Source: an uncultured virus (IMG/VR IMGVR_UViG_3300042521_003679)
Lineage: Duplodnaviria; Heunggongvirae; Uroviricota; Caudoviricetes
Virus record (IMG/VR): IMGVR_UViG_3300042521_003679
Strand: one strand, 5' to 3'
Length of the DNA stretch: 20,000 nt
Shown: one piece after another, positions 8,580 to 17,360 of the stretch
Position numbering within the stretch: the stretch's first letter is position 1
How the letters are laid out: the number at the start of each line of letters is the position of its first letter
Program-made: the position numbers and the translations under genes
The notes under the pieces: generated by a model
Told to the model about the DNA's origin: nothing
The model's input: only the letters and a program-made list of their open reading frames with translations
The model's database searches: none

Positions 8580-8963
8580 ATGGCCATTTTCCCATCGCTT
8601 AAGCCAACAAACAGACGCCTGACCATGGGGGAGTATCCCACGAAGATTTACCGTGCATTGTCAGGGAAGACTGTTCGCCGCAGCTTTGGCAATCGCCCCT
8701 TCGGTTTCAGTCTCGAGCTTGATTATGAAAACGTGCCGGAGGCGACTGTGCAGGCAGTGATCAACCATTACAACACGCAACAAGGGCAAACGATTGGCTT
8801 TACTATACCCGATGCAGTGTTCGCAGGTTTAAGTGCAACCACTATCAATCTCATCAAGGCACCGTCTCGAACGCTTTGGTTTTATGCAGAAGCTCCTTCT
8901 ATCGAGGCTGTGTATCGAAGCATTAGCAATGTAGGTGTTAAGCTCATTGCAGACTTGGTGTAG
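8580..8963 (+). CDS. Distal tail/minor tail protein (lambda gpM/Dit-like, 127 aa)
   Basis: First gene after the tape measure gene. Size and pattern (SGKTVRRSFG ... LELDYENV ... INHYNTQQGQTIGF) fit Dit/gpM-like proteins. Confidence 0.65.
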   Translation: MAIFPSLKPTNRRLTMGEYPTKIYRALSGKTVRRSFGNRPFGFSLELDYENVPEATVQAVINHYNTQQGQTIGFTIPDAVFAGLSATTINLIKAPSRTLWFYAEAPSIEAVYRSISNVGVKLIADLV

Positions 8964-8965
8964 AG

Positions 8966-9502
8966 ATGAGCAATATTCGCATTGTTCAATATTTTGAGCT
9001 TGTAGCATTCACCAATGCTGCCGCTGCCAAAAGCCTTGCAAATTTAAGCACCACTGATACCATTGTCGTTGGTCGCGAACCCGGCTCGATCATCCATCGC
9101 TACCAAAACTATTTTGTCAATGAGCAAGTAAGGTGGAACGGAGAACAATATGCCTTTGCCCCGTTTCGAGCAGAAGGCACCACCTCCAATCTAAACGGAG
9201 ACAACGCACTGGTGCAAGTGCTATTTCCAAACGTAGAAGTGGCCATTCGCCTTGTCGAACAAGGCAACGGCAATAGACTTAGCCGTCTCACGCTTACAAC
9301 GGCATGGTTAAATGTCAACAATGGCCTCATTAAAAGCTATGCGGAGCGCTTCATTGGCATTGGTGCCGCTTTCTCCGAGACTACGATTGAGCTTAGATTC
9401 AGGAGCGCAATGGACAGTGTAGGAGCCAACTTTCCTGCTCGTTCCTTGTCCCGCAATTTAGTGGGCATTCTTCCCCTTAACGCCGATCTTTTCTTGCAAT
9501 GA
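8966..9502 (+). CDS. Minor tail tip protein (gpL/DUF1833-position, 178 aa)
   Basis: Lies between the Dit-like and NlpC/P60-like genes. WNGEQYAFAPF and FPARSL motifs resemble gpL-like N-terminal domains. Contains no Cys. Confidence 0.55.
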   Translation: MSNIRIVQYFELVAFTNAAAAKSLANLSTTDTIVVGREPGSIIHRYQNYFVNEQVRWNGEQYAFAPFRAEGTTSNLNGDNALVQVLFPNVEVAIRLVEQGNGNRLSRLTLTTAWLNVNNGLIKSYAERFIGIGAAFSETTIELRFRSAMDSVGANFPARSLSRNLVGILPLNADLFLQ

Positions 9503-9906
9503 TACCCTCTCCATCGTCCTCTTTCAACGATCTTATTGGTCTTCAGCATCAATGGGCAAGAAGGCCAGAGGATGGAAGCGGTTTTACTGACTGTTTTGCG
9601 CTTTGCATGGAAGTGCGAAAACGTTTAGGACTGCACGATTTCATGGAAGAGTTTGGTTGGGTGTACGAGCAGTGCCAGCCCGAAGAAATTAGCAACAAGC
9701 AAATAGTTAAATGGCTATGGAAAAACGCAAGGCAAATCGTAGAGCCACGACCGGGAGCGGTATTTTATCTTCCATCGCCTAATGGCTCTTTGGCTATGGC
9801 CGTAATCACTGACAGCCAAAACTGTCTTTTGCTAGGCCCTGGAAAGAAGGTAATATCCCTGCCTTTCGCTAAAGTGGCAAAAGGCAAATACTACTGGGCA
9901 GATTGA
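9499..9906 (+). CDS. NlpC/P60-like tail assembly protein (gpK-position, 135 aa)
   Basis: LIGLQHQW....G.GFTDCFALCMEVRKRLG matches the NlpC/P60 N-terminal Cys motif (IG.PY..GG....G.DC..L), and EPRPGAVF matches the P.PGD.V turn. Confidence 0.7.
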   Translation: MIPSPSSSFNDLIGLQHQWARRPEDGSGFTDCFALCMEVRKRLGLHDFMEEFGWVYEQCQPEEISNKQIVKWLWKNARQIVEPRPGAVFYLPSPNGSLAMAVITDSQNCLLLGPGKKVISLPFAKVAKGKYYWAD

Positions 9907-12900
9907 TGAGCAATAATCTTCGCAAGCTTCTGCCGTATGAACATCAACTAGTTGAGACGCTTGGCATTACAAAAGAACAATACTTAGAGTTTGTTCTTTT
10001 GCAGCAAGAATACACCGACATCAAGGCGGGCACTGTTTTAGATATTAGAAATTGGGAAGTCGTCGCAATTGTCTTGGCCGTTGTTGGCATACTAGCTCAA
10101 GTGGCATCGGCGCTTTTGATGCCCAAGCCGCAAGTTCCTTCAATTACACCCCAAGGTCAGCGTCAGCAAACTCGCGATGATATTTTTGCCCCTCGCTTTG
10201 GCTTTAATACCGTCCAAAATTTAGCGAAATACGGAGATCCCGTCAACCTTATTTACACCAATACTGCTGCCAACGCAAACGGTGGCGTGAGGGTGGCCAC
10301 CTCACTGCTATGGTCTTCAGTTAAAAGCTTTGGCAGTAGTCAGTATGTTCAAATGCTTTTGCTGCTTGGCGCTGGTGGCATTGGGGCCATTGATGCCGAT
10401 CGCACTGCTTTTGGACAAACTCCCATCCGCAATTTAATTGCACAAAACTATTGGTTGTATTTTCGCCCTAACAATACTGGCATTATTCGCGGAAATGATT
10501 TGATATATGGAGGCAATGGCGAAAGTGATCCTGCCGCTGCTGGCGTCGGCAGTCGCAACCTCTACCGTATTTCACCATCGTCATCTACTTCCGCTGGCGA
10601 CGGATTTAGCCATGCTCTTTCGCCTGCCACATCTAATCAATTTGGCCTATATTCTCCCGTGCCAATCAATGCCGATGTAATTATTCGCAATGAGGCTGGT
10701 GCGGAAGAGTCTGTTTCCAGTGGCATTCAAGCCGCCATTACAAGTCCAAATCGTGCGGCTTTATGGGGGTCCAATCTTCCGTCTAGCACTTTGCGCTCCG
10801 TTCCTGTTGGGTCCATTCTCACTGTTACTCTTAGCGCCACTAACAAGGAGGGATTGTCAACAGTTGAGCTGGAGGCCGCCGACCAAAGACGAGCATTGTC
10901 ATCTGCATTTGACAACGCCGCCATCTTCAAACTTGGTTCGGCTAAATTTAGCGTACTTCGTGCCAACAGGGGATCCACGGAGGAGGGCGATGTAATTGTC
11001 ACATTACGTTGCATCGAACAAGGACTTGCACCAAGTGTGGCTTACAATATTTCCAATGCAAAGCAAGATGCAAAGAAAATAGCGGAAAGCGATCCAACAT
11101 ATTTGTCGTTAAGAAATACAGCCAACAGCCTTCTCAATGCAGATCAGCGCAGGGACATTTCCACCGCCCAAGCACTCTTAAACGCCGGCAATATTTTCGT
11201 TTATCAGCAATTTAGGACCGTTAGTTATGGTCGTGGTGGAGGATTTATCTCCACCGGCACCCGACTTGCATTTCAAAGAAATTTAACCGAGGGCGAAAAG
11301 CAAGCCCTTCGCGACTTTATTACTTACGAAGATGATATTGCGCGAGGAATTAGATCGGACAATGTTTTCTTTACCAAGGTGCTTTCAAAGGTTGAGAAAG
11401 CAAGTTACGAAACAATTTCTCCTTGTCATATTGTTGACTTGGCGATCAAGGCTAGGTCTTTTAGGCGGATTAGCGGGCGTCAAGAGGTTTATGGTAGTAA
11501 TCGCGTAGCTGGCTATCCGATTAGCGACAATGGTATTAAGCTAAGAACTGCCATGTTTTTGGTTAAGTACAAAAGATCCACCGATGCAGGGTTTTCCTAT
11601 GTCAAGGGCATTTTTGTTGTAAGACGCGCTGCTGACAATGACAATTTTGTTTACTTGCGCTTTAATTCTGGGCAGTCTGGACTTAGCAACTCATTTAATT
11701 GGCACTTTGAAATAGAAGCCGTTCAAGATACAATTGCTGAATTCAAGCAAAGCTTGTTAAATGAAGGCAATGCATATCGTTTTTTCTATGTAGAGAACAG
11801 TGGAAATGCCTCGACTATTTCGCTAGGGCAAGGCCGAACTCTTTCTTTTACGGGAAGCATTGTCAACAGTACCAATTTTTTACCTCCATTGAACAATTCC
11901 CCCGTCCAAACAAACGAATGGGACTTATTTAATAATACTGCGGACACTCAGTATCAGTTTTCTTTTGACAATGGGCCAGAATTTACGCTCGGGGCTGTCA
12001 GCGAGCAAATTGTTGAGCAATTTAACAACTTTCCCGGCCTATACCAAGACGCATCGCTTGTTGGCTTTAATTTGTATTCCGGCAAGAATGTGCAAGATTT
12101 GCGTTCCTTGAGCATGTTTGTAACGCAAGGGCGCCGATCAAGACTATTACGAACTTCTGGGACTATCAATGGTGTTTCGTGGGGGCGGCCCAATTTTGAA
12201 TATCTTTCACCTGTCCCCAATGGCTTTGCAAATACCGCTCCCGACATTTTTGTTGACACAGTCCTTGACTACAACGATGGCATCGGGAAATATGCTGGCG
12301 ATTTGTTCTCAGTTGATCTTGAGCAGCTATCCAGAAGTAAGAAATTTTGTGAGGTGAATGGATTGTTCATGGACGGAGTGATTGCTGAGCCGTCTTCATG
12401 GCGAGAGTTTTGGTCGGTGCATTCTACTTTTAGCCTGCTTGAACTTGCCAAGCGCGATGGAAGGGAGACGCTTTTGCCTGCAGTGCCCTACGACGCAAAC
12501 ACTGGCGCCATTTCTAGACAGGTGCCAATTAGTGCATTGTTCAATCAAGGCAACATTCTTGAGGACAGCTACAAAGAAGAATTTCTTGACTATGGAAGCG
12601 GCACCGAAGATATTGTTGCCACTATTATTTTCAGACAAAATGAAAGAGATGGCGTATTCCCGAAAAACAACAGTGTAGATGTGCATTTGAGCGATACCAA
12701 TGCAGATCTTGCCATTCGTGAAACCATCGACCTTTCATCGTTTGTCACTCGCAGAGAGCAGGCAATCCTCGTGGGCAAGTTTCTTTGCCAGACCAAGCGT
12801 CATTCTCGCCGCGCCCTTGAATTCAAAACGTTTCCCACGGACAGCTTTGTGGCGCCAGGAAGCTACATCTATGTGGAGCTGGCGCAGAACCAGTGGAATG

Positions 12901-13277
12901 GCATCCAGACTGGCAGCATTGGCCCTAGAGGCGCTTTGGACCTGCCCCTAGCTGGATCCATCGCCAATGGCTCGTACCAGTTTCTTCTTTACAATCCCAA
13001 CGCCACCACGTCGGGCACTACTGCATTTAATAGCGTCAGCGTTTCCAGCAATACTGCATCTGCGCTTGCCGCTTACGAAGGATATATATTTGTGCTTGGT
13101 ACTAAAATTAAAAATAAGAGAGTGTTCAAGGTGACAGAAGTTGCGATGGATGAGGAAGGCGAGGTGACCGTGCGAGCCGTTGAACACGCCGTGGATGAAA
13201 ACGGACTCTCTCTAATCAGCAAAGGATTGGCGGCAAGAGTGGCTGGACTGTTTACAATTGATGGCCGTCCTGAATAA
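9906..13277 (+). CDS. Central tail tip/hub, host-specificity protein (gpI/gpJ-like, 1123 aa)
   Basis: The ATG at 9906 overlaps the upstream TGA (TGATG). N-terminal hydrophobic helix then NLAKYGDPVNLIY (gpI-like). C-terminal LFNQGNILEDSY, PGSYIYV and FKVTEVAMDEEGEVTVRAVEH are typical of gpJ-like hub domains. Confidence 0.8.
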   Translation: MSNNLRKLLPYEHQLVETLGITKEQYLEFVLLQQEYTDIKAGTVLDIRNWEVVAIVLAVVGILAQVASALLMPKPQVPSITPQGQRQQTRDDIFAPRFGFNTVQNLAKYGDPVNLIYTNTAANANGGVRVATSLLWSSVKSFGSSQYVQMLLLLGAGGIGAIDADRTAFGQTPIRNLIAQNYWLYFRPNNTGIIRGNDLIYGGNGESDPAAAGVGSRNLYRISPSSSTSAGDGFSHALSPATSNQFGLYSPVPINADVIIRNEAGAEESVSSGIQAAITSPNRAALWGSNLPSSTLRSVPVGSILTVTLSATNKEGLSTVELEAADQRRALSSAFDNAAIFKLGSAKFSVLRANRGSTEEGDVIVTLRCIEQGLAPSVAYNISNAKQDAKKIAESDPTYLSLRNTANSLLNADQRRDISTAQALLNAGNIFVYQQFRTVSYGRGGGFISTGTRLAFQRNLTEGEKQALRDFITYEDDIARGIRSDNVFFTKVLSKVEKASYETISPCHIVDLAIKARSFRRISGRQEVYGSNRVAGYPISDNGIKLRTAMFLVKYKRSTDAGFSYVKGIFVVRRAADNDNFVYLRFNSGQSGLSNSFNWHFEIEAVQDTIAEFKQSLLNEGNAYRFFYVENSGNASTISLGQGRTLSFTGSIVNSTNFLPPLNNSPVQTNEWDLFNNTADTQYQFSFDNGPEFTLGAVSEQIVEQFNNFPGLYQDASLVGFNLYSGKNVQDLRSLSMFVTQGRRSRLLRTSGTINGVSWGRPNFEYLSPVPNGFANTAPDIFVDTVLDYNDGIGKYAGDLFSVDLEQLSRSKKFCEVNGLFMDGVIAEPSSWREFWSVHSTFSLLELAKRDGRETLLPAVPYDANTGAISRQVPISALFNQGNILEDSYKEEFLDYGSGTEDIVATIIFRQNERDGVFPKNNSVDVHLSDTNADLAIRETIDLSSFVTRREQAILVGKFLCQTKRHSRRALEFKTFPTDSFVAPGSYIYVELAQNQWNGIQTGSIGPRGALDLPLAGSIANGSYQFLLYNPNATTSGTTAFNSVSVSSNTASALAAYEGYIFVLGTKIKNKRVFKVTEVAMDEEGEVTVRAVEHAVDENGLSLISKGLAARVAGLFTIDGRPE

Positions 13278-13285
13278 AATGCTTT

Positions 13286-13291
13286 TAGAAT
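13286..13291 (+). promoter_or_regulatory. Putative -10 element TAGAAT upstream of the 160-aa tube-like gene
   Basis: Lies 26 nt upstream of ATG 13318 in a 40-nt AT-rich gap. Confidence 0.45.
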
Positions 13292-13317
13292 ACAAGCAAC
13301 AAACTTATTGATTTTCC

Positions 13318-13800
13318 ATGGCTTTCTATACTGGCCGCTCTGGAAGCCTGTCGTTTGGCACCACTGATAGCACGGCGCCTTCTAGTTCATTGTCCGCTCC
13401 CACCAATATTCGTCAAGTGGCGAAAATTCGCGACTGGAGTCTGGACACAACTGTTGAACTTATTTCTACTAACTCTATTGACAGCGGGGTTAATACTTTT
13501 ACGCCCGGCGTAAAGGGAGCCACTGGTAGCGCCACGTTGATCTACTACAGGCTTGAAGGTAGTGAAGTAAATACGCTTTATGGTTTTAATACTTTGCTGG
13601 CTAATAGCCTTGGCAAGACTGGCTTAATCACTGAGGCTGATCGAGTGTTTTTGGAGCTCAATGCCGGAGGAGGAGCAAATGATGACATTAAATTTTGGGC
13701 CTACATCACTTCGATTGGCGTGACTGTATCCACTGGTGAACTTTCCACTGTTCCCATTCAATTTACGATGGATGGAGATTTCGTGGAAGTTCTTACTTGA
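13318..13800 (+). CDS. Tail-tube-like minor tail protein (160 aa)
   Basis: MAFYTGRSGSL ... IRDWSLDTTVELISTNSIDSGVNTFTPGVKGATGSATL ... FWAYITSIGVTVSTGELSTVPIQFTMDG follows the siphophage tube-protein pattern. Confidence 0.65.
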   Translation: MAFYTGRSGSLSFGTTDSTAPSSSLSAPTNIRQVAKIRDWSLDTTVELISTNSIDSGVNTFTPGVKGATGSATLIYYRLEGSEVNTLYGFNTLLANSLGKTGLITEADRVFLELNAGGGANDDIKFWAYITSIGVTVSTGELSTVPIQFTMDGDFVEVLT

Positions 13801-13806
13801 TTTTCA

Positions 13807-14688
13807 ATGACATTCTTCGCGGGGCACACGGGCACGGTTCGATTGCGTCGTAGCACGCAGGCCACGTCTTTTGACACGTCTATCGAGCCCGATGATGTCA
13901 ATACCATTTTGAATCGTTTTAGTTTTGACGGTTCAATGGAGAACGTCTTAACAGGCGATCGATTGGTGGTGAGAACAGAAGACGCTCGCAAGCTTGTATT
14001 TCTATCTCCGTCGACATGGCCGCAAGTGAATGAACGACAGGCAGGCATTGCTCTGTACGCAAATGTGAACGCTGCTGGCGGCATTCGCCTTTTCAGAGAC
14101 TTTGAGGATGCGGTTAACAATGATCGAGCGAATGAGTTGCCGCTCATTGCTTTTACTGGAGAACCACTGCCTGTTACCATTGAAATTCAAGACACCGACT
14201 TCAACACTCTTGGAGGCGTCACTGGCTTTACGCTTCAAACAGAAAGGGAGGCTGTAGAAACAACGGCATTGAGCGATAAATTCAAGCAGCAATATTCAGC
14301 GGGGTTAATCAGTGGCAGCGGATCCATTGATTGTCTATTTGCCTACCAAGGAGCAGCTAGTAGTCGTCAAGAGCTGCCAGTGTTAATGCTGCAAATTATC
14401 CAGCGAATAGAGATTGGTAGCTCTTTTGAGGCACAATTGTTTCTCACGGATGATAGTGTTTACGGCAGTACATTAGATGTGTACTACCAATTTGAAGGGG
14501 TGGTCACCAGAGCCGGAGTAGAAGTTAAAAGCGATGCCATTATTTCCACTTCCATTGATTTTCTGACCACTGGGGAAATCAAGTTGTTAATTGGACAAGC
14601 GCCGGGTTATGTGCTCCAAGAAAATGATGATCGCATTTTGCTTCAAGAACTTGGCGTTGATGCCTTGCTGAAGGAAGTCGATGATTAA
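13807..14688 (+). CDS. Tail-tube-like minor tail protein with inserted domain (293 aa)
   Basis: N-terminus MTFFAGHTGTVRL and C-terminal half (VTGFTLQTEREAVETTALSDKFKQQYSAGLISGSGSID ... FEGVVTRAGVEVKSDAIISTSIDFLTTG) align by eye with the upstream 160-aa protein. Confidence 0.6.
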   Translation: MTFFAGHTGTVRLRRSTQATSFDTSIEPDDVNTILNRFSFDGSMENVLTGDRLVVRTEDARKLVFLSPSTWPQVNERQAGIALYANVNAAGGIRLFRDFEDAVNNDRANELPLIAFTGEPLPVTIEIQDTDFNTLGGVTGFTLQTEREAVETTALSDKFKQQYSAGLISGSGSIDCLFAYQGAASSRQELPVLMLQIIQRIEIGSSFEAQLFLTDDSVYGSTLDVYYQFEGVVTRAGVEVKSDAIISTSIDFLTTGEIKLLIGQAPGYVLQENDDRILLQELGVDALLKEVDD

Positions 14689-14706
14689 AGAAAAGAGGAC
14701 AATGGC

Positions 14707-14712
14707 TAGAAT
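14707..14712 (+). promoter_or_regulatory. Putative -10 element TAGAAT upstream of the 873-aa fibre gene
   Basis: Lies 26 nt upstream of ATG 14739 in a 50-nt gap. Confidence 0.45.
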
Positions 14713-14738
14713 CAATGCAATTCTCACGATAGTGTAAG

Positions 14739-17360
14739 ATGGCGGACCAAACAATCTCCCAGCTAAATCAGCTTACTGGGGCTGCGTTGGCTGCCAATGA
14801 TCAACTTCCTATTGTTGACATTAGTGCCAGTGAAACCAAGCGCATCAATGCATCTGACTTAATTCAAAACGGCATTGCGCTTACGGCAAGTGGCAATATT
14901 GACTTAAGCAAGCTCAACCAGGCTAGTACTGTCAAGCTTGGCGCTGCTGCCATTGGCACTGGTGCAATTACGGCCATTAAGCTGGCCGACGATAGTTCTA
15001 TCGCAGAGCAAAGCACTGCTCCCACCGCTGACAATTTTGCTGGACGCGGCTGGTATCGCACAACTGATAGCAATTTTCAAGTTTATTCGGCGGGTGATTA
15101 TCGACAAATTGTAATGCCCACTGCTGGCATTGCAGACAACGCAGTTACCACTATAAAGATAGCTGACGCCGCCATTACAACTGCCAAGATCAGCGCAGGA
15201 GGGCTAGGCACTGCTGCTATGGCTGATGGCAGCATTACGACAGTCAAGATCGCGGACAGCACTGTCACTTCAGCAAAGATTGCTGACGGCACCATCGTTA
15301 ATGGTGATATTGCTGCCTCCACTATTGAAGGATCAAGACTGGCGAATGGAGCCGTAGGCACGCTCGCACTCGCAAACTCAGGCATTACTAGTGCAAAATT
15401 TGCAGCGGGATCGGTTGACAATGCAGCCCTGGCAGATTTAGCAGTTACCAATGCAAAGATTGCCGATACCACGATTGTCTATGCCAAGCTCAACCTGGCC
15501 GATGGGAGCGTGCCAGGGGCAAAAATTGCTGACAGTTCTATCACTTCTGCCAAAATTGTTGACGGCACTATTGCCACGGCAGACTTGGCGGATTCCTCCG
15601 TTACAAGCGCAAAAATAGCTACTAGTGGCGTTACGGCAGGCAAGATTGACGCAGACGCAGTTACAACTAATACCATTGCTTCTGCGGCTGTAACTGCTGC
15701 CAAGCTGGCGAGCGAATCAGTCGGCACTGCTGCCTTGGCAACCTCTGGTATTACCAGCGCCAAATTTGCCGCAGGAGCAGTCGATACCACTGCCCTTGGC
15801 GTTTCGGCGGTAACGAACGACAAAATTGCTAATGGCACCATTGCCTACGCCAAGCTTGGTCTGGCTGATGGCAGCGTGCCTGGCGCAAAGATTACCAGTG
15901 CGACTATCAGCGGGCTGCAGATTTCTACAGGGGGAGTTCTTACGGCAAACATAGCCGACTCTGCAGTGACAAATGTCAAAATTGCAGCCAGTGGTATTGA
16001 AGCCGGAAAATTGGCTGCTGATGCCGTGGTCACAGTCAATGTGGCTGACGATGCAATCACTCAAGCCAAGGTCGCTGATGGAGCCATCGGCACTGATCAG
16101 TTGGTTGACAGTGGTGTAACGGCTGTCAAGCTGGCTGACAATTCCTCTTCCATCGTCGCCGCTAACGCGCCTGTGGGGAATGGCGCGTTTGTCGGGCAAA
16201 AATGGTTTGATGACTCTACCAAGTTTGAATATACATGGGACGGAACAGCTTGGGAGCGGCAGGCCGCCATTAGCACTCTCACTTTCACCGATTCCACTCC
16301 CATTGCGTTCTCAGTTGCCTATCCAGATAATTTTTCGGCCACTATCACGACAACGCTTGACACGCAAGTTGCGAATCGCGTGTTCGCCGGACCTTCTACG
16401 GGCGCAGATGCAGCTCCTACTTTTAGAAGCCTTGCTGCTGCCGATCTACCAGTCGCCACCAGTGGCACTGTCGGCGCCGTTAGTCCGGGGGCTGGTCTAA
16501 GCGTAAGCGCTTTGGGAGTGATGAACCATAGCAACGCAGCAGTTGCTGGCACTTATGCAGGTCCTGTAACCATCGACTCGCAAGGACACATTGTTTCTGC
16601 TCAAGCAACGCTACAGGCAAGTGACATTCCAAGTCTTGACGCGAGCAAGATTACGACCGGCACCTTTGGCAGCACCTTCTTGGCGGAGAATAGCGTTACC
16701 GCCCAACAACTTGCAGACTATGGCATTGCGCAAGTTAGTGAAAGTGCCCCCACTCCTGAATTCGCTGGGCAATGGTGGATCAACCCTAATGACCGATCGG
16801 CTTACATTTGGGTGGGAGAAGTTACTCCAGTGCCTAATGGTTATTGGCTGAACCTTGGCTATGGCAGTCCCACGCAAATCAACTTGCGTTTTGGTGGCAC
16901 TTATAACGCTTCAGGGAATGTTGTTGAAAGCATCAACTCCTATGGCATTGAAGCTGGCTTGACCGTCGGCCAGGCACTATCTAGCCCCAACACAAGCAGT
17001 AACGGCATCTATTTGATCGTTACCGCTAGTGGTGTGGGCACCACTCCTGCTCCCAATGAAAATCTTGCCATTGGTAACTGGGTGCTATCGCAGGGCGTGG
17101 GTGCCACTTGGACGAAAATTAACCTCTCTAGTGCCGTGGCTGGCGTGGGTGACCAAGATGTTTTGGTCGATGGCGCTGCGCTCATTCCAGTGGCATCTGG
17201 CGTGGCAAGTCAAGAGGACTTCAACGAGCTTGTCTGGCCAAGGGTGCAAATTGCCACCAGCGGCGCTACGGGCATTGTTAGAGGATCTTCGGAAGTGGTT
17301 GTGGCATCAGGTACCGGCATTATGACCATTGGCACTCTCGATGATGGTATCTATTCTTAA
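14739..17360 (+). CDS. Tail fibre protein with 10-residue repeats (873 aa)
   Basis: N-terminus MADQTISQLNQL...DQLPIVDISASETKRI, a long run of IAD.AVT.AK-type repeats, three AP....G..W knob-like motifs, and C-terminal LDDGIYS. Ala/Thr/Ser/Gly-rich. Confidence 0.8.
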   Translation: MADQTISQLNQLTGAALAANDQLPIVDISASETKRINASDLIQNGIALTASGNIDLSKLNQASTVKLGAAAIGTGAITAIKLADDSSIAEQSTAPTADNFAGRGWYRTTDSNFQVYSAGDYRQIVMPTAGIADNAVTTIKIADAAITTAKISAGGLGTAAMADGSITTVKIADSTVTSAKIADGTIVNGDIAASTIEGSRLANGAVGTLALANSGITSAKFAAGSVDNAALADLAVTNAKIADTTIVYAKLNLADGSVPGAKIADSSITSAKIVDGTIATADLADSSVTSAKIATSGVTAGKIDADAVTTNTIASAAVTAAKLASESVGTAALATSGITSAKFAAGAVDTTALGVSAVTNDKIANGTIAYAKLGLADGSVPGAKITSATISGLQISTGGVLTANIADSAVTNVKIAASGIEAGKLAADAVVTVNVADDAITQAKVADGAIGTDQLVDSGVTAVKLADNSSSIVAANAPVGNGAFVGQKWFDDSTKFEYTWDGTAWERQAAISTLTFTDSTPIAFSVAYPDNFSATITTTLDTQVANRVFAGPSTGADAAPTFRSLAAADLPVATSGTVGAVSPGAGLSVSALGVMNHSNAAVAGTYAGPVTIDSQGHIVSAQATLQASDIPSLDASKITTGTFGSTFLAENSVTAQQLADYGIAQVSESAPTPEFAGQWWINPNDRSAYIWVGEVTPVPNGYWLNLGYGSPTQINLRFGGTYNASGNVVESINSYGIEAGLTVGQALSSPNTSSNGIYLIVTASGVGTTPAPNENLAIGNWVLSQGVGATWTKINLSSAVAGVGDQDVLVDGAALIPVASGVASQEDFNELVWPRVQIATSGATGIVRGSSEVVVASGTGIMTIGTLDDGIYS
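15129..16139 (+). repeat. Coding tandem repeat: over 30 degenerate 10-aa units (IADxAVTxAK)
   Basis: Examples are IADNAVTTIK, IADAAITTAK, IADSTVTSAK, LADSSVTSAK, IADSAVTNVK and LVDSGVTAVK. A higher-order 366-nt duplication is visible (GATGGGAGCGTGCCAGGGGCAAAAATT at 15501 vs GATGGCAGCGTGCCTGGCGCAAAGATT at 15867). Confidence 0.9.

Noticed and set aside
621..14688. Contractile (myovirus) tail or tailocin/eCIS
   Set aside because: No sheath-sized gene, baseplate J/wedge or spike gene is recognisable. A capsid gene is present, and the long tape measure plus M/L/K/J-like cluster indicate a non-contractile tail.
15129..16139. Possible CRISPR array or DGR template/variable repeat
   Set aside because: The repeats are degenerate in-frame protein repeats with mostly synonymous-site divergence. 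There are no identical DNA repeats with spacers, no adenine-specific mismatch pattern, and no reverse transcriptase or cas gene in the window.
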